Positions 36,262 through 49,539 of a stretch of DNA of 64,000 nucleotides are shown here, piece after piece (position 1 is the first letter of the stretch; each line of letters starts with the position of its first letter). The notes under the pieces were generated by a model. The model worked only from the letters and a program-made list of their open reading frames with translations, did no database searches and was not told the DNA's origin. A program made the translations under genes and the position numbers. The stretch is from Hypanus sabinus (Eukaryota): assembly GCF_030144855.1 (NCBI RefSeq), contig NC_082710.1, forward strand, positions 152,954,001-153,018,000, written 5' to 3'.

Positions 36262-36700
36262 TGCGACGACTCCTCGCATCGACTGAACCCTGATCGTTAG
36301 TCAGTAAAGTGCTGAGGGTGGAGTTAGACTCACAGACGCGGCTTGGGGTAAACAGGGTAATCTACAGGTGCAGCCAGTAACTGAAAATCCTTCTAGAGAA
36401 ATGGACTGTGGGCGCTGCGGAGAGTCGACTGATCGCGGGAGGGAGCGGAGCCAAACCACTTCCAGTATTGCATCAAATCCGACGAGCGGAGATTTCAGGA
36501 ACCTCCTAAAAGCCCGAGCTAAGCTGCTCAGCACAAACCTTCACCAGTCACTGGGTAAAACAAAACTTCTAGAGGAATTCGGCGGGCCAGGCGGCAGATG
36601 TGATGGGAAATACAGGTGTCGACACAAAATACCCACTGTCCCTATAAATTCTCAGCTGCGGCCAGACACGCTGATTCATAGTCAGACTTCATAAAACAGG
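35950..36700 (-). promoter_or_regulatory. CpG-rich promoter/5' region of the class I-like gene
   Basis: Local CpG enrichment against a CpG-poor background, spanning the leader exon; partly conserved in the copy at 6360-6950. Confidence 0.6.
36186..36261 (-). CDS. Exon: signal peptide [25 protein letters not shown](G)
   Basis: ATG in strong Kozak context (gcaATGG), hydrophobic core, donor CAG|GTGAGG in phase 1 matching the alpha1 exon; an in-frame upstream ATG at 36279 could add MRGVVA. Confidence 0.85.
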
Positions 36701-36799
36701 ACTGGATGGGGAATGATCATAGAATAGGGTTCTTCAGCCACTGGACAGGGAGTGGCCAGGTTCTCTGAGAGAGCCCCTCAATTATTGTAATAGAGCTCC

Positions 36800-38640
36800 C
36801 CACCCCTCCCCACCCCGTCCCCCCACCCTAGAAGATTGTCAACAGTCTCCCACACCATCACCGACCTTATTAACTCTGGGGATGTCCCATCCACTGCCAC
36901 CAACCTCATACTTCCCGCACCCCGTACGATCCGTAACTGCCCAAGATCCACAACCCTGCCTGTCCAGTTAGACCGATTGTTTCTGCTGGTTCCTGCTCCA
37001 CTGAACGTATATCTACATACCTCTGCTCAGTTTTATCCCCCACCCGCCTCCGCTCAGTTCCGTCGCACCTACATCCTTGAGACTTCACACCCTCCTGATC
37101 TTTTCAATGATTTCAAGTTCATTGGACATGATTATCATATTTTCACAATGGATGTCCAACCCTATACACCACCACATCCCACTAGGATGGTCTCAAAGCT
37201 CTCCGTTTCTTTCTGGACACCATACCCCACCAGTTCCTCTCCATCACCACTCTCCTCCACCTAGTGAAACTGTTCCTCACTCTCAATAACTTCTCCTTTG
37301 GCTCCTCCCTTCAAGCAAATGGTTTATTATGGGAACTTGTATGCCTACATTTTTGTTGGCTGTGAGGAATAGTCTATGTTCTAACCCTACACTGTTTGGT
37401 GCTGTTTCCTACACCCATGTGGAGCTTGTCAGCTTTATCAAATTTGCCTCCAGTTTCCATCCTCAAATTTATTTGGTCCATTCCTGACACCTCCCTCCAC
37501 TTTCTCGATCTCACTGACTCTATTTCTGGAGACAGCTTAGCTATTGATGTCTTTTATAAACCCACTGACCCTCACATCGATCTGGACTATACCTCTTCCC
37601 ACCCTGTTACTTGAAAAAATGCCACCCCCTTCTCTCGATTCCTCCTTCTCCACCGCATCTGCTCTCAGGATGAAGCTTTTCATTGCAGAGCTAAAGAAAT
37701 GTCCTCCTTCTTCAAAGAAAGGGGCTTCCCTTCCTCCACCATCAAAGCTGCCTTCTGCTGCATCTCTTCTATTTCACACTCCTCTGCCCTCACCCCATCC
37801 TCCCACCACCCCAACCAAGGTTCCTCTTCTCCTGAGCTACCACCTCACCTGCCTCTGTGTTCAGCAAACATAATTCTCCATAACCTCTGCCATCTCCAAC
37901 AAAATCCCATGACCAAACACATTTTCCCTCCCCACAACCTCCCACCACACTTTCTGCAGGAATCGCTTCCTACATGACTCCCTTGTTCATATGTTCTTCC
38001 TCACTGATTTCCCTCCTGCCATTTATCCTTGCCAGCAGAACAAGTGTTACAGCTGCCCCTACACCTCCTCCCTCACTACCATTCAGAGCCCCAAACAGTC
38101 CTTCCAAGTGAGGCGACATTTCACTTATGAGTCTGTTGGGTTTATCTACTGTATCCAGTGCTCTAGGTGTGTGGCCTCGTGTATATTGGTGAGACCTGAC
38201 ATAGATTGGGAGACTGCTTCGCAAACACTGACAATCTCTTCACAAGAGGAAGCAGCAACCCCCAGTGGGCTCCCATTTTAATTCTACTTCTCATTCCCAT
38301 TCTGACATGTTAAGCCATGGCCTCCCCTATTGCCATGATGTATTCCGTCTGGGTAGCCTCCAACCTGATGGAATGAACATTGATTTTTCCAACTTCTGGT
38401 AATGCCCCTCCTCCCCTCTCCTTCACCATTCCCCATTTCCCTTTCTCATCTTAACACTTTACCTGCACACCACCTCCCTCTGGTGCTCCTTCACTTCACC
38501 TCCTTCCATGGCCTTCTGTCTTCCCGTTTTGTAGCCCTTTATCTCTTTCACCATTTGAACCGCTTGCTCTTTACTTCACACCTCCCTCTCTCCCGGTTTC
38601 ACCTATCACTTACGACCTTGTACTTCCTCCTCTCCAAGCC
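36800..38640 (+). mobile_element. Penelope-like element (decayed RT and GIY-YIG)
   Basis: FTMDVQPY, FYKPTD, GFIYCIQCSRC motifs across broken frames. Confidence 0.8.
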
Positions 38641-40900
38641 ACCATAGAACTATAAAACACTACAGCACAAAATTCCGGCCATTTGGCCCTTCTAGTATGT
38701 GCTGAATCTTTATTCCGCTTGTTCCATTGACCTGCATCCAGTCCATAACCCGACAGACCTCTACCGTCCAAGTACCTATCCAATTTATTCTTAAAACTTA
38801 AGAGTGAGCCTCCATTTACCATGTCAGATGGCAGCTCGTTCCACAATTCTACCACTCTCTGAGTGAAGAAATTCACCCTAATGTTCCCCCTAAATCTTTC
38901 CCCTTTCACCCTGAAGCTATGTCCTCTTGTATTTATCTCTCCTAACCTAAGTGGAAAGAGACTGTTCACGTTTACTCTGTCTATACCCCTCATAATTTTG
39001 TAAACCTCTATCAATTCTCACCTCATTCTTCTACATTCCACGGAATAAAGCCCTAACCTGTTCAATCTTTCCCTGTAACTCAACTCCTGAAGACCCCAGC
39101 AACATCCTCATAAATCTCTGCACTCTTTCAATCTTACTGATATCCTTCCTATAGTTCGGTGACCAGAAATTTGGCCTCACAAATGTTTTATACAACCTCC
39201 CCATAACATCCCAACTCCTATACTCAATACTTTGATTTATGAATGCCAGGATGCCAAAAGCTATCTTTTCAACCCTGTCTACCTGTGATGCCACTTTCAG
39301 GGAATTATGTATCTGATCTCCCAGATCTATTTGTTTCTTCACACTCCTCAGTGCCTGACCATTTACTGTGTATGTCCTACCTTGATTTGTCCTTCCAAAA
39401 TGCAACACCTCACACTTGTCTGCATTAAAATCCATATGCCTTTTTCTGGCCCATTTTTCCAGTTGGTCCAGATCCCTCTGCAAGCTTTGAAAGTCTTTCT
39501 CGCTGTCCACAAGGCCTCCAATCCTAGTGTCATCAGTAAACTTGTTGATCCAATTTACCACATTAGTATCTAGATCATTGATATAGACAACAAACAACAA
39601 AGGTCCCAGCACAGATCCTTGAGGCACACCACTAGTCACGGGCCTCCAGTCTGATAAGCAATCATCCACTATCAATCTCTGTCTTCTCCGACACAGTCAA
39701 TTTCAAATCAAGTTCCAACCTCTCCATGGATACCAAGTATCTGAATCTTCTGAACTAACCTCCCATGTGGGACCTTGTCAAAGGCCTTACTAAAGTCCAT
39801 GTGGACAACATCCACAGCATTTCCTTTGCCTGCTTTCTTGGTAACCTCCTTGAAAAACTCTACAAGATTCGTTAAACATGATGTACCATGCATGAAGCCA
39901 TGCTGACTATCCTTAATCAGCCCTTGGCTGTCCAAATACTTCTATACCCGATCTCTCAGAACACCTTCCAATATTTTACCTACTACTGATGCCAGGCTCA
40001 CTGGTCCGTAATTACCTGGTTTGCTTTTGGAGCCCTTTTTAAACAACAGAACAACATGAGCTGCCCTCCAATCCTCCTGCAGCACACCCATGGCTAAGGA
40101 CATTTTAAATATTTCTGCCAAGGCCCCTGCAAATTCTACACGAGTCTCCCTCAAGGTCCAGGGAAATATGTCAGGCACGGGAATTTATCTACCTTTGTTC
40201 GCTGTAAAGCAGCAAGTACCTCCTCCTCCTTAATCTCTATATGTTCCAAGACACTGCTGCTTGTTTCCCTTCCTTCCATATATGCTATGCGAGTTTCCTG
40301 AGTAAATACTGATGCAAAAAATTTGTTTAAGATCTCTCCCATCTTGTGAGGCTCCACAAAAAGATGACCACTTTGATCTTTTATGGGACCAATTTTGTCC
40401 CTTACTATCTTTTCACTCTTAATATACTTGTAGAAACCCTTCGGGTTTACCTTCACATTATCTGCCAAAGCAACCTCATGTCTTCTTTTTGCCTTCCTGA
40501 TTTCCTTCTTCAGTATTTTCTATACTCTTCAAGAACCTCATTTGTTCCTTGTTCCCTATACCTTCTTCACCAGATCGCCAAATTCCCTGGAAAACCAAGG
40601 TTCTTTCTGCTTGTTAACTTTGCCTTTAACCCTGGCAGGAACATGCATACTCTACACTCTCAAAATTTCACCCTTGAATGCTTTCTACATTCTGAACAAA
40701 TCCTTGCTGGAAAACATCTTATCCCAATCCACTCTTCCGAGATCCTTTCTCATTTTCTCAAAATTGTCCTTCTCCAATTTAGAAACGTAACTCGAGGACC
40801 AGACCTATCCTTATCCATAATTAACTTGAAACTAATGACATTATTATCACTGGACCCAAACTGTTTGCCTACACATACTTCTGTCATGCCACATTCTTAC
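38640..40900 (-). mobile_element. CR1 LINE, about 2.3 kb 3' part
   Basis: RT ORF 39031..39675 (SGVPQGSVLGP, KFTDDT), VHMDFSKAFDKVPH, tail ctatagttctatggt. Confidence 0.9.
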
Positions 40901-41030
40901 TTTGACTTCTTATCTCCTTTTTTTTTTCCAGTCCTGTTGAAGGGTCTCTATCTGAAACTTAGACTGTTTCCTCTTTTCCATAGATGTTACCTGACCTGCT
41001 GAGTTCCTCCAGCAATTTCTGTGCATGGCA
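40900..41030 (+). mobile_element. Penelope-like 3' end
   Basis: ccagtcctgttgaagggtctctatctgaaac...cctgacctgctgagttcctccagca. Confidence 0.7.
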
Positions 41031-41924
41031 ACAATCGTAATAATTTTATCAAATATAATAGAACTCTAAACATTCACTGTGACTGTGAATAAAAATACAT
41101 TGTATGTTTTATTCTTGTAAATATTTTTATTATGCATAAAAGTTTATTTTGATATTAAAATACATTAAACAGGCCTTTCTGCGCAACCACGATGCCCATG
41201 TTCATTCCATTTGCCAGTGTTTAGCCCATAACTCTCCAAACCATGTACCTGTTTTTTAAAAGCTGTTTATTTACCTATCTCAAACAATTTCTTTGGCAGT
41301 TCAGTTTATATACAAAGAATACTCTGTTTAAAAATAAGAGTTACCCTGACTTTCAACAGCATTTTGATTTCTGCTCCATATTCCAGCATCTGCTGTCTCT
41401 TGTGCCACCATTTGCCCAGCACCTCTTTCTGTACCTCCCTCCCTCTGCTTTGCTGTTCTTGGAAATACCAGGACTGCACTGCAGTGCAACATACTCTCAC
41501 ACACTGCAGACATCCCTTCATCAGCTCCTTTGCTCTCCAGTTCCACATTGCACTGCTCCTCACGTTGTTCCCATCCATCTCTCTCTCCCACACCAGAATT
41601 TCTGTCTACTTCTTTCAGATACATCTGCTCTCTGTTGCTCCCCATGTCCATGATCTTCCACTCACCTGTGTGCTCTTTCCCATTTCCCAATCCTCACTCT
41701 CTCCCCCTGCACTCTCTCCTCTCCTCATAGAGTCAGATTCATGGAGCACAGGCGTAGGTCATATGGCCCATCTCAAACATGCAGAATTGTTAGTCCTCAT
41801 AGTGCCATCAACTCACACTTGGACAGCACTCCAGGCTGCTCCTATGCATGTACTTAACCAAACCTCTCATAAGTGTTGCAAACAAACCTACATTCACCAC
41901 CTCCCCTGGCAGGTTAGATGCCCC

Positions 41925-44900
41925 TCCTTTTCAAATTGTTTTATTGCAGTATTATCAGTTAAATGAACATATCAATAATAACAATATCTAGAGAACAGGA
42001 TTACAATAATGGCTATAACACATACAAACATAAGTTCCAAATATCACATCCAGACATGTCCACCTGATCTCTTGATAATTGAAGAAGGAAAAAGTTCAAA
42101 AGGTTTGTTTAGAAGAAAAAGAAAGAAAAATCCCCTAAACTAAACAGTAAAACAAAACAAAAAAAAGTGGGCTGCCATAATATGTTAAATATAATTATTC
42201 TGTCCTTGACTCCGTTCCTCTTTCCATAAACGGTTAAGTATTATGAAAAAGGATTCAAAAAAGAAAAAAAATCAACTTAAGACATATGTATGGAAATATT
42301 GAATAAAAGACTCGCAGGTTTCCTCAAACTTAATCGTGCCACTCCTAATTTTTTGCTAGGTTTAAACAAGCTATAGTTTAAGAGAACCATTGAAGTGTAG
42401 TAAGGGGATCAAAATCTTTCCATTTAAATAAAATGGATCTTCTGGCCATGAGCATAATAAATCCTATCAAACGACAGGCTGAAGACTATAAATAACTAGA
42501 ATCAATCATTGGTAATCCAATAATTTCAGTAATAGGATGGAGTTGTAAATCAATATGTAAATCTGCTGAAAAATTATCAAAGATGTTTTGCCAATATTTT
42601 TTCAAAAGAGGGCAGGACCAGAACGTATAGGTTAAAGAAGCAACCTCAGAGTTACATCTGTCACACATTGGATTTATATGGGAACAAAAATGGGCTAGTT
42701 TGACTTTTGACTGATATATTCAATGAACCACTTTAAATTGTATTAAAGTATGTCTAGTACACATTAAATAAGTATTAACTAATTTAAGAATCTTTTCCCA
42801 TTCTTCTATGGATATACTTACTTTAAGTTCTCGTTCCCATTCATTGTTTATTTTATCAAACATACCTAAAGAGATTTTCATAATCAAATTGTAGACAGTT
42901 GCTATTACACTCTTTTGTAAGGGATTTCAACTTAAATTTTTTTCTGTAATTTCAGCTTGATATGTCATCGGAAAGGTAGGCAAAATAACATAAAAAAATT
43001 TCTAATCTGTAGATATCTAAAAAAGTGCTATCTAGGCAAATTGTATTTATTAGATAACTGTTCAAAAGGCATAAAACAGTTATCCGTAAATAAATCACGA
43101 AAACAGTTTATTCCTTTCATTTTCCAAAGATGAAAGGCTTGATCAACTCTAGACGGTTGAAAAAAATTTAAACAAAATACGACTAGAAAGGGTAAATTTA
43201 TTCATATCAAAAAAAAATTAAAAAATTGAAACCATATTGATATTGTATATTTAATTATTGGGTTAGTAATTTGCTTGTTCAATTTAGTAAATGCAAAGGG
43301 GAGTGAAGCCCCTAAAATAGACGCAAATGAAAACCCTTGCACAGACTCATATTCAAGATTCAACCACCTTGGACTTTGGGTTTTATCTAACTCTAGGTAA
43401 AACTATCATCTTAATAGCATTGATTCAGCCAACTAATGGTAAAGACATTGGAGACCATTTAGTTAATAATTGTTTAATATGATCAATTAAAGGTAAGAAA
43501 TCAGCCGTAAATAGGTCCTGAAGTTTCTTAGTAATTTTAACCCCTATATACATAAATATCTGTAGCCAATCTAACTGGAAAACTCCTGTAACTTAAAGTT
43601 TGCGTATTTAATGGGAATAACTCACTCTTATTAAAATTTAAGTTATAACCAGAAAAGGTACAAAATTGAGCAAGTAATGATATTACTAAAGGAAAGGACT
43701 TCTCTGGATTAGAAATATATAATAACAAGTCATCCACAAATAATGATACCCTATGTGTTTCATTGCCCCGCATAATGCCAAATATATTTGGTGAATCTTG
43801 AAAAATAATTGCCAGGGGTTCGAAAGCAATGTCAAATAGTAAAGGACTTAAAGGGCAGCCCTGCCTAGTATCACGAAAAAGCCTAAAAAAGGGTGATCTC
43901 TGACTATTTGTATCCACAGAGGCCAAAGGAGTGTGAAATATCAATTTAATCCAAGATATAAACTTTGGACTAAAATTAAATTTCTGAAGTGCATAAAACA
44001 AATATTTCCATTCAATTCTGTCAAATGCCTTCTCAGCATCCAATGAAATAATGCATTCTGCAATTTTAGGTGAGGAAGTATAAGTAATATTCAATAATCT
44101 CCTAACATTAAAGTACGAGTAACGATTTTTATAAATCCTGTCTGACCTTCTGAAACAATTCTGGGTAAATGTTTTCCAATCTAATTGCCATTATTTTAGA
44201 GAGAATTTTAAAATCTACATTCAACAGAGAAATTAGTTTGTATGAAGCACATGCAGTAGGGTCTTTATCTTTTTTTAAGAACTAAGGAAATGGATGATTT
44301 ATAAAAGGATTGTGATAGATTACCTATCAATAAGACATCTTTAAAAGTTCTACTTAACCAAGGAGAGAGTAAATCAGAAGCACATTTTAAAAATTGTACT
44401 GTAAATCCATCCATATCAGGGGCTTTACCAGAGTTCATTAAAGAAATTGCTGTCTGTATTTCTTTCTCCATAATCAGTGTATCTAATAGTAAACATTCAT
44501 CACATGATAGTTTGGGGATATTCAATTTCCCTAAAAATTCATGCATTGTATTAGTATTGTCAGGGAATTCTGATATATATTAAGAGGTATAGAATTCTTG
44601 ATAGGATTTATTAATTTCATCATTGTCAACTATAAAATTGCCATCCTGTTTTCAAACTTTAATAATCTGGCATTTAACCGAAACAGTTTTCAATTGATTG
44701 GCCAATAATTTCCCCGATTTATCACCATATACATAAAATTGAGATTTAGTTTTAAGTTAACTGCTTTTCAATGGGAGATGTTAATAACAAACTATGTTGC
44801 ATCTGAAGTTCAACTCTCTTTTTATAAAGCTCCAAATTGAGAGGAACTGAATATTATTTAACAATTTCTTTAATCTTGTCAACCAATATACACATTTCAT

Positions 44901-45830
44901 TATTGGTTCACTTTTTTAATCCAGCAGAGTATGAAATAATTTTTCCACGAATACATGCTTTTAAAGTTTTCCATAACATCCCGCTGGAAATTCCTTCAGT
45001 AGAGTTAGTTGAAAAGAAAAGAGTGATCTGTTCTTTAATGAAAATAACAAACTTTAAGTCTTGAAGTAAGGTCGAGTTGAACTGCCATTGTCTAGTTCTA
45101 ATACTTACATCAGCTTATTTAATTGATAACTTCAGAGGTGCATGCTTAGAAATAGTAATTGCATCATAATCACAAGCAATGGCAGATGGTACTAATTGGG
45201 AGTCAATAAAAAAAATAATCAATTCTAGAATAATTGTGATATGCATGACAGAAAAAAGAAAATACTTTATCATTAGGGTGAAGAAGCTGGCAAAAGTCTG
45301 ATATTCACGAGTCCACTGAAAAGAAATTAATAAAAATGTAGATTTATTTGTTAGGATTTGTTTAACTGAAGATCTATTCATCAAAGTATTCAAACAGCAA
45401 TTAAAGTCACCACCCATTATCAACTTATATCCATTTCAGTTAGGGAATAATGCAAATAGTTTCTTAAAAAATCAGGATAATCGAGATTTGGATCATAAAT
45501 ATTAACCATAACAACTTTTTGATTATAAAGTAAACCCATGATCAACAAAAATCTACCAGTTGGGTTTGAAATTGTCTCATAATGAATGAATGGAATTGAA
45601 GAATCAATAAATATAGAAACACCTTTCACCTTTGTGGATGAATTAGAATGAAACTGCATGTCCGTAGAAAATCTAAAGGAACATTGATTGTCCTCCTTTG
45701 TCTAATTTGAGCTTTCAGTCTATTGAATATTTTTTTTAATTTTTCTGTTTAATCAGATGGTTCAAACCATTAGTATTCCATGAAACAAAATTAATAGTCT
45801 TATCCATTTTCAATAAGTAAATCATATAAT
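41925..45830 (-). mobile_element. L1-clade LINE ORF2 (decayed) with 3' UTR
   Basis: APE (KGVSIFI, IMGGDFNC), RT (SLDAEKAFDRIEW, RQGCPLSP, FVDDLL; 43537..44094), C-terminal CDRC...FWSCP knuckle; AATAAA near 41940. Confidence 0.9.
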
Positions 45831-45849
45831 GTATAAAGGGTTAATCATG

Positions 45850-46710
45850 CTGTAAGGAAGTCATGTTCTCCCCAAGATCCACAAGCCTGACTGTCCCAGT
45901 AGATCCAAAGTTTTGGCCTGCTCCTTACCCACCAAACTTGTATCTGCCTACCTGGACTCCATCTTGTCACCCATAGAATAGTCCCTCCCCACCTACGTCC
46001 GGGATACTTCCCATGCCCTCAACCTCTTCAATAACTTCCAGTTCCCCAGTCCCGACCGCTTCAATTTCATTATGGATGTCCAGTCGTTATATGCTTCAAC
46101 TCCCCATCAAGAAGGCCTCAAAGCCCTCTGCTACTTTTTTGACAATAGACCTTACCAGTTCCCCAACACCACCACACTCCTCTGGTTGGCGGAACTAGTA
46201 CGCACACTTCATAACTTCTCTTTTGGCTCTTCCCACTTTCCTCAGACCAAGGGTGTAGCTATGGGCACTCACATGGGCCCCAGCTATACCTGCCTATTCG
46301 TTGGTTATGTTGAACAGTCTATGCTCCAAATCTATACTGGCACTGCTCCCCAAATTTTCCTTCACTACATTGACAACTACATTGGTGCTGCTTCCTGCAC
46401 CCATGCTGAGCTCATCAATTCCACTGACCTTGCCTCTAAATTTTACCCAGCCCTCAAATTCACTTGGTCCATCTTTGACTCTATTCTCCCCTTTCTTGAT
46501 CTCTCAGTCTCCATCTCTGGAGACAGACTGTCCACTGACATCTTCTATGAACCCATTGAGTCTCATAACTACCTCGACTACACCTCTTCCGACCCTGCCA
46601 AATACAAAAACGCTATTCCCTTTTCCCAGTTCCTCCATCTCCACCGCATCTGCTCCCAGGATGAGGCTTTCCATTCAAAGACATCACAAATATCCTCTTT
46701 CTTTTATTTA
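45850..46710 (+). mobile_element. Penelope-like RT fragment
   Basis: ORF 46072..: MDVQSLY, KGVAMGTHMGPSY, HYIDNY, FLDLSV. Confidence 0.88.
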
Positions 46711-46989
46711 AATATTCCTCTGACCTGCACGTCCTCGCACCTGGGACCACCCCCAGTGGTCGAACAAGCAGTACAGCGCTCGTCCACCTTCCTCGGCGTC
46801 TCCTTCCCGCCTCCCCAGAAAAGACCGCAAAACCCCCCAAGCTTCCAGTCTCATAGACAAAATAACATTCCTCATTGGTTAAAAAATGAATACAAACCCC
46901 ATATCAGACAGTACTTTGTACATATAAAACACTTGCTGTAGTGTAGAACTGCACATAGTACTCCAACAAATCAGGAGAGTGCAAAGTGC

Positions 46990-48712
46990 AAGAAAGGGAG
47001 AGAGCACAGTGAGGAGCCGAAGGAGAAATTATTGAAAGTGAAACCAGTTCTTTCCCTCTCTTTCTTTGTGCTTCCACCCCCAATCTGGTGGGACTTGCAG
47101 CTCTCCATTTCTTTCTTGACAACAGACCCAACTAGCTTTCTCTGTATGGTGGAACTGGTCCTCACTCTCAATAATTTCTCCTTTTGCTCCGCCCACTTCC
47201 TTCAAACCAAAGCTGTAGCTATGGGTACTTGTATGGGTCCCAGCTATGCCTGCCTTTTTGTCACCTTCATGAAACAGTCCATTTTCCAAGCCTATACCAG
47301 TACATCTCCACAAATCTTCCTACGCTAAATTGACAACCGCATTAGTGCTGTCTTCTGCACCCACGCTGAGCTCGTCAGCTTCATCAACTTTGTCTGCAGT
47401 TTTTAGCCATCCTTCAAATTTACTTGGTCCATTTCCGACACCAACTACCCTTTTCTCTGTCTCTATCTTTGGAGACAGTTTATCCACCAATGTCTTTTAT
47501 AAACCCACCAATTTTCACAGCTACCTGGACGATACTTCTTCCCACCCCATCACTGTAAAAATGCCATCTTCTCTGAGTTCCACTGTCTCTATTGTATCTC
47601 CTCTCAGGATGAGAGTTTTCACTCCAGAACTTATGAGATCTCCTCCTTCTCCCCTTCCTCCATTATCTACACTGCCCTCACCCACATTTCTACCATTTTG
47701 CGCATGTCTGCTCTTACCCCATCCATCTGCCAACCCACCAGGGATAGGGTTCTGCTTTTCCATACCAACCACCCCACCAGCCTTCACATTCAGCACATAA
47801 TTCTCTGTAACTTCTGACATCTCCAATGGGATTCCACCCACCAAGCACATCTTTTCCTTCCCCCCCACCGCACTTTCTGCTTTCCAGAGGAATTGTACCC
47901 TATGCCACTCCCTTGTCCATTTGTCCCTCCCCACTGTTTTTCCAATTTATCCTTGCAAGTGGAAAAAGTGCCTCACCTGCCTCTACATCTTCTCCCTCAC
48001 TACCATTTAAGGCCCCAAACAGTCTTTCCAGGTGAGGTGTCACTTTTCTATGAGTCTGTTGGGATCATCTACTGTTGATACTCCCGGTATGGCCTCCTGT
48101 ATATTAGTGAGACCTGATGTAGATTGGGAGACCATGTCACCCATGCGCCATCTGCCAGAAAAATGGGATATCCCAGAGGCCACCTACTTCAATTCTACTT
48201 CCCATACCCAATCCAACATGTCAGTCCATGGCCTTCTCTACTACTGTGTTGAGGTTGGAGCATCAACACCTTATATTCCATTTGGGTAGCTTCCAATCTG
48301 ATGGAATGAACAGCGATTTCTCAAACCCAGTAATTGCCCCCGCCCTTCATCATTCAGCATTCCTGTTTCCCTCTCTCACCTTTATCCTTACCTGCCCATC
48401 ATCTGCCTCTGGTGCACCTCCTCCATCCCCTTCTTTCATGGTCTTTTTCTATTAGATTCACCCTCCATCAGACTTTGATCTCTTTCACCAATTGACGTCC
48501 AAGTTCCTTACTTTGCTCCCCTCCCCCCTCCCAGTTTCATCCATCACCTACCACCTTGTACATTTTCCTCCCCTCCCCACACTTTCTTACTTTAACTTCT
48601 CATGTTTTTTTCCCAAACCCAATAAAAGGTCTCAGCCCAAACCTTTGACTGTTTATTCCTTTCCATTGATTCTGCCTAGACTGCTCACTTCCTCCAGCAT
48701 TTTGTGTGTATT
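46990..48712 (+). mobile_element. Penelope-like element (RT, GIY-YIG remnant, 3' end)
   Basis: TKAVAMGTCMGPSY, FYKPTN, GIIYC; conserved 3' end. Confidence 0.8.
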
Positions 48713-48734
48713 GAAGTAGAGTTCGTAATCAAAA

Positions 48735-48845
48735 CAGCACACACAAAATGCTGGAGTAAGTCCGCAGGCCAGGCAGCATCTATGGAAAAGAGTAAACAGT
48801 TCACGCCAAGACCCTTCATCTGGTCCCCGCCAGACTTTTTGGGAG
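48735..48845 (-). mobile_element. Penelope-like 3' end, inverted relative to the preceding copy
   Basis: cacacaaaatgctggag...gcaggccaggcagcatctatggaaaagagtaaacag is the reverse complement of the end at 48650-48712. Confidence 0.75.
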
Positions 48846-48849
48846 TCTG

Positions 48850-49530
48850 GCGCAGAAGTTATAGGAACACTAGTAATGGTATTTAAAATGTCCTTCAGCA
48901 CAGGTGAAATGCTGAAGGACTGGATAGCTAATGTTGTTCGATTATTTAAGCAAGACTAATAATAAGTAGGTAAATTAAAGGTCAGTGACTGGAAGTTATC
49001 AGTTGGTAAACTTTTGGAAGGTATTATCAGGGACATGATATATAAGTATATGGATAGACATGGCCTGTTTAGAGAGAGTCATCATGGATTTGTTCATAGT
49101 AAGTTGTGCCTACCGAGGAGTCTCTTAAAAGACCCTATTATATCCGCCTCCACCACCGTCACTGGCAGAGTGCATCCATGCACTCACCACTCACTGCGTA
49201 AAAATTTGCCCCTGACATCGCCTCTGTACCTACTTCCAAGCAACTTAAAATGTGCCCTCTCATGTAAGTTATTTCAGCCCTGGGAAAAAGCCTCTGACTA
49301 TGCACATAATCAATGTCTCTCATCTTCTAATACACCTCTATCAGGTCACCTCTAATCCTCACCACTTCAAGGAGAAAAGGGCCGAGTTCACTCAACCTAT
49401 TGTCAAGGGCATGCTCACCAATCCAGGCAATATCCTTGTAAATCTCTTCTGCACCCTTTCTATAGTTTTCACATCCTTCCTGTAGCGAGGTGACCAGAAC
49501 TAAGCACAGTACTCCAAGTGGGTACAAAGT
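48850..49530. mobile_element. CR1 fragments (plus 48850-49110; minus 3' end 49110-49530)
   Basis: EGIIRDMIYKYMD...SHHGFV; the minus part is very similar to 60090-60260. Confidence 0.7.
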
Positions 49531-49539
49531 ACACTGCAG

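Noticed and set aside
36290-36333. Mini-intron in the 5' UTR (GTGAGT donor, CTAAC branch point, CAG acceptor)
   Set aside because: Only 44 nt, shorter than typical vertebrate introns, and no transcript evidence.
40346-41966. Long Leu/Ser-rich ORFs (218, 200, 136 aa)
   Set aside because: Antisense or low-complexity readings of CR1 and other repeat sequence.
46072-46941. 289-aa ORF as a host or domesticated gene
   Set aside because: Partial Penelope RT fused to unrelated sequence; incomplete and surrounded by decayed copies.
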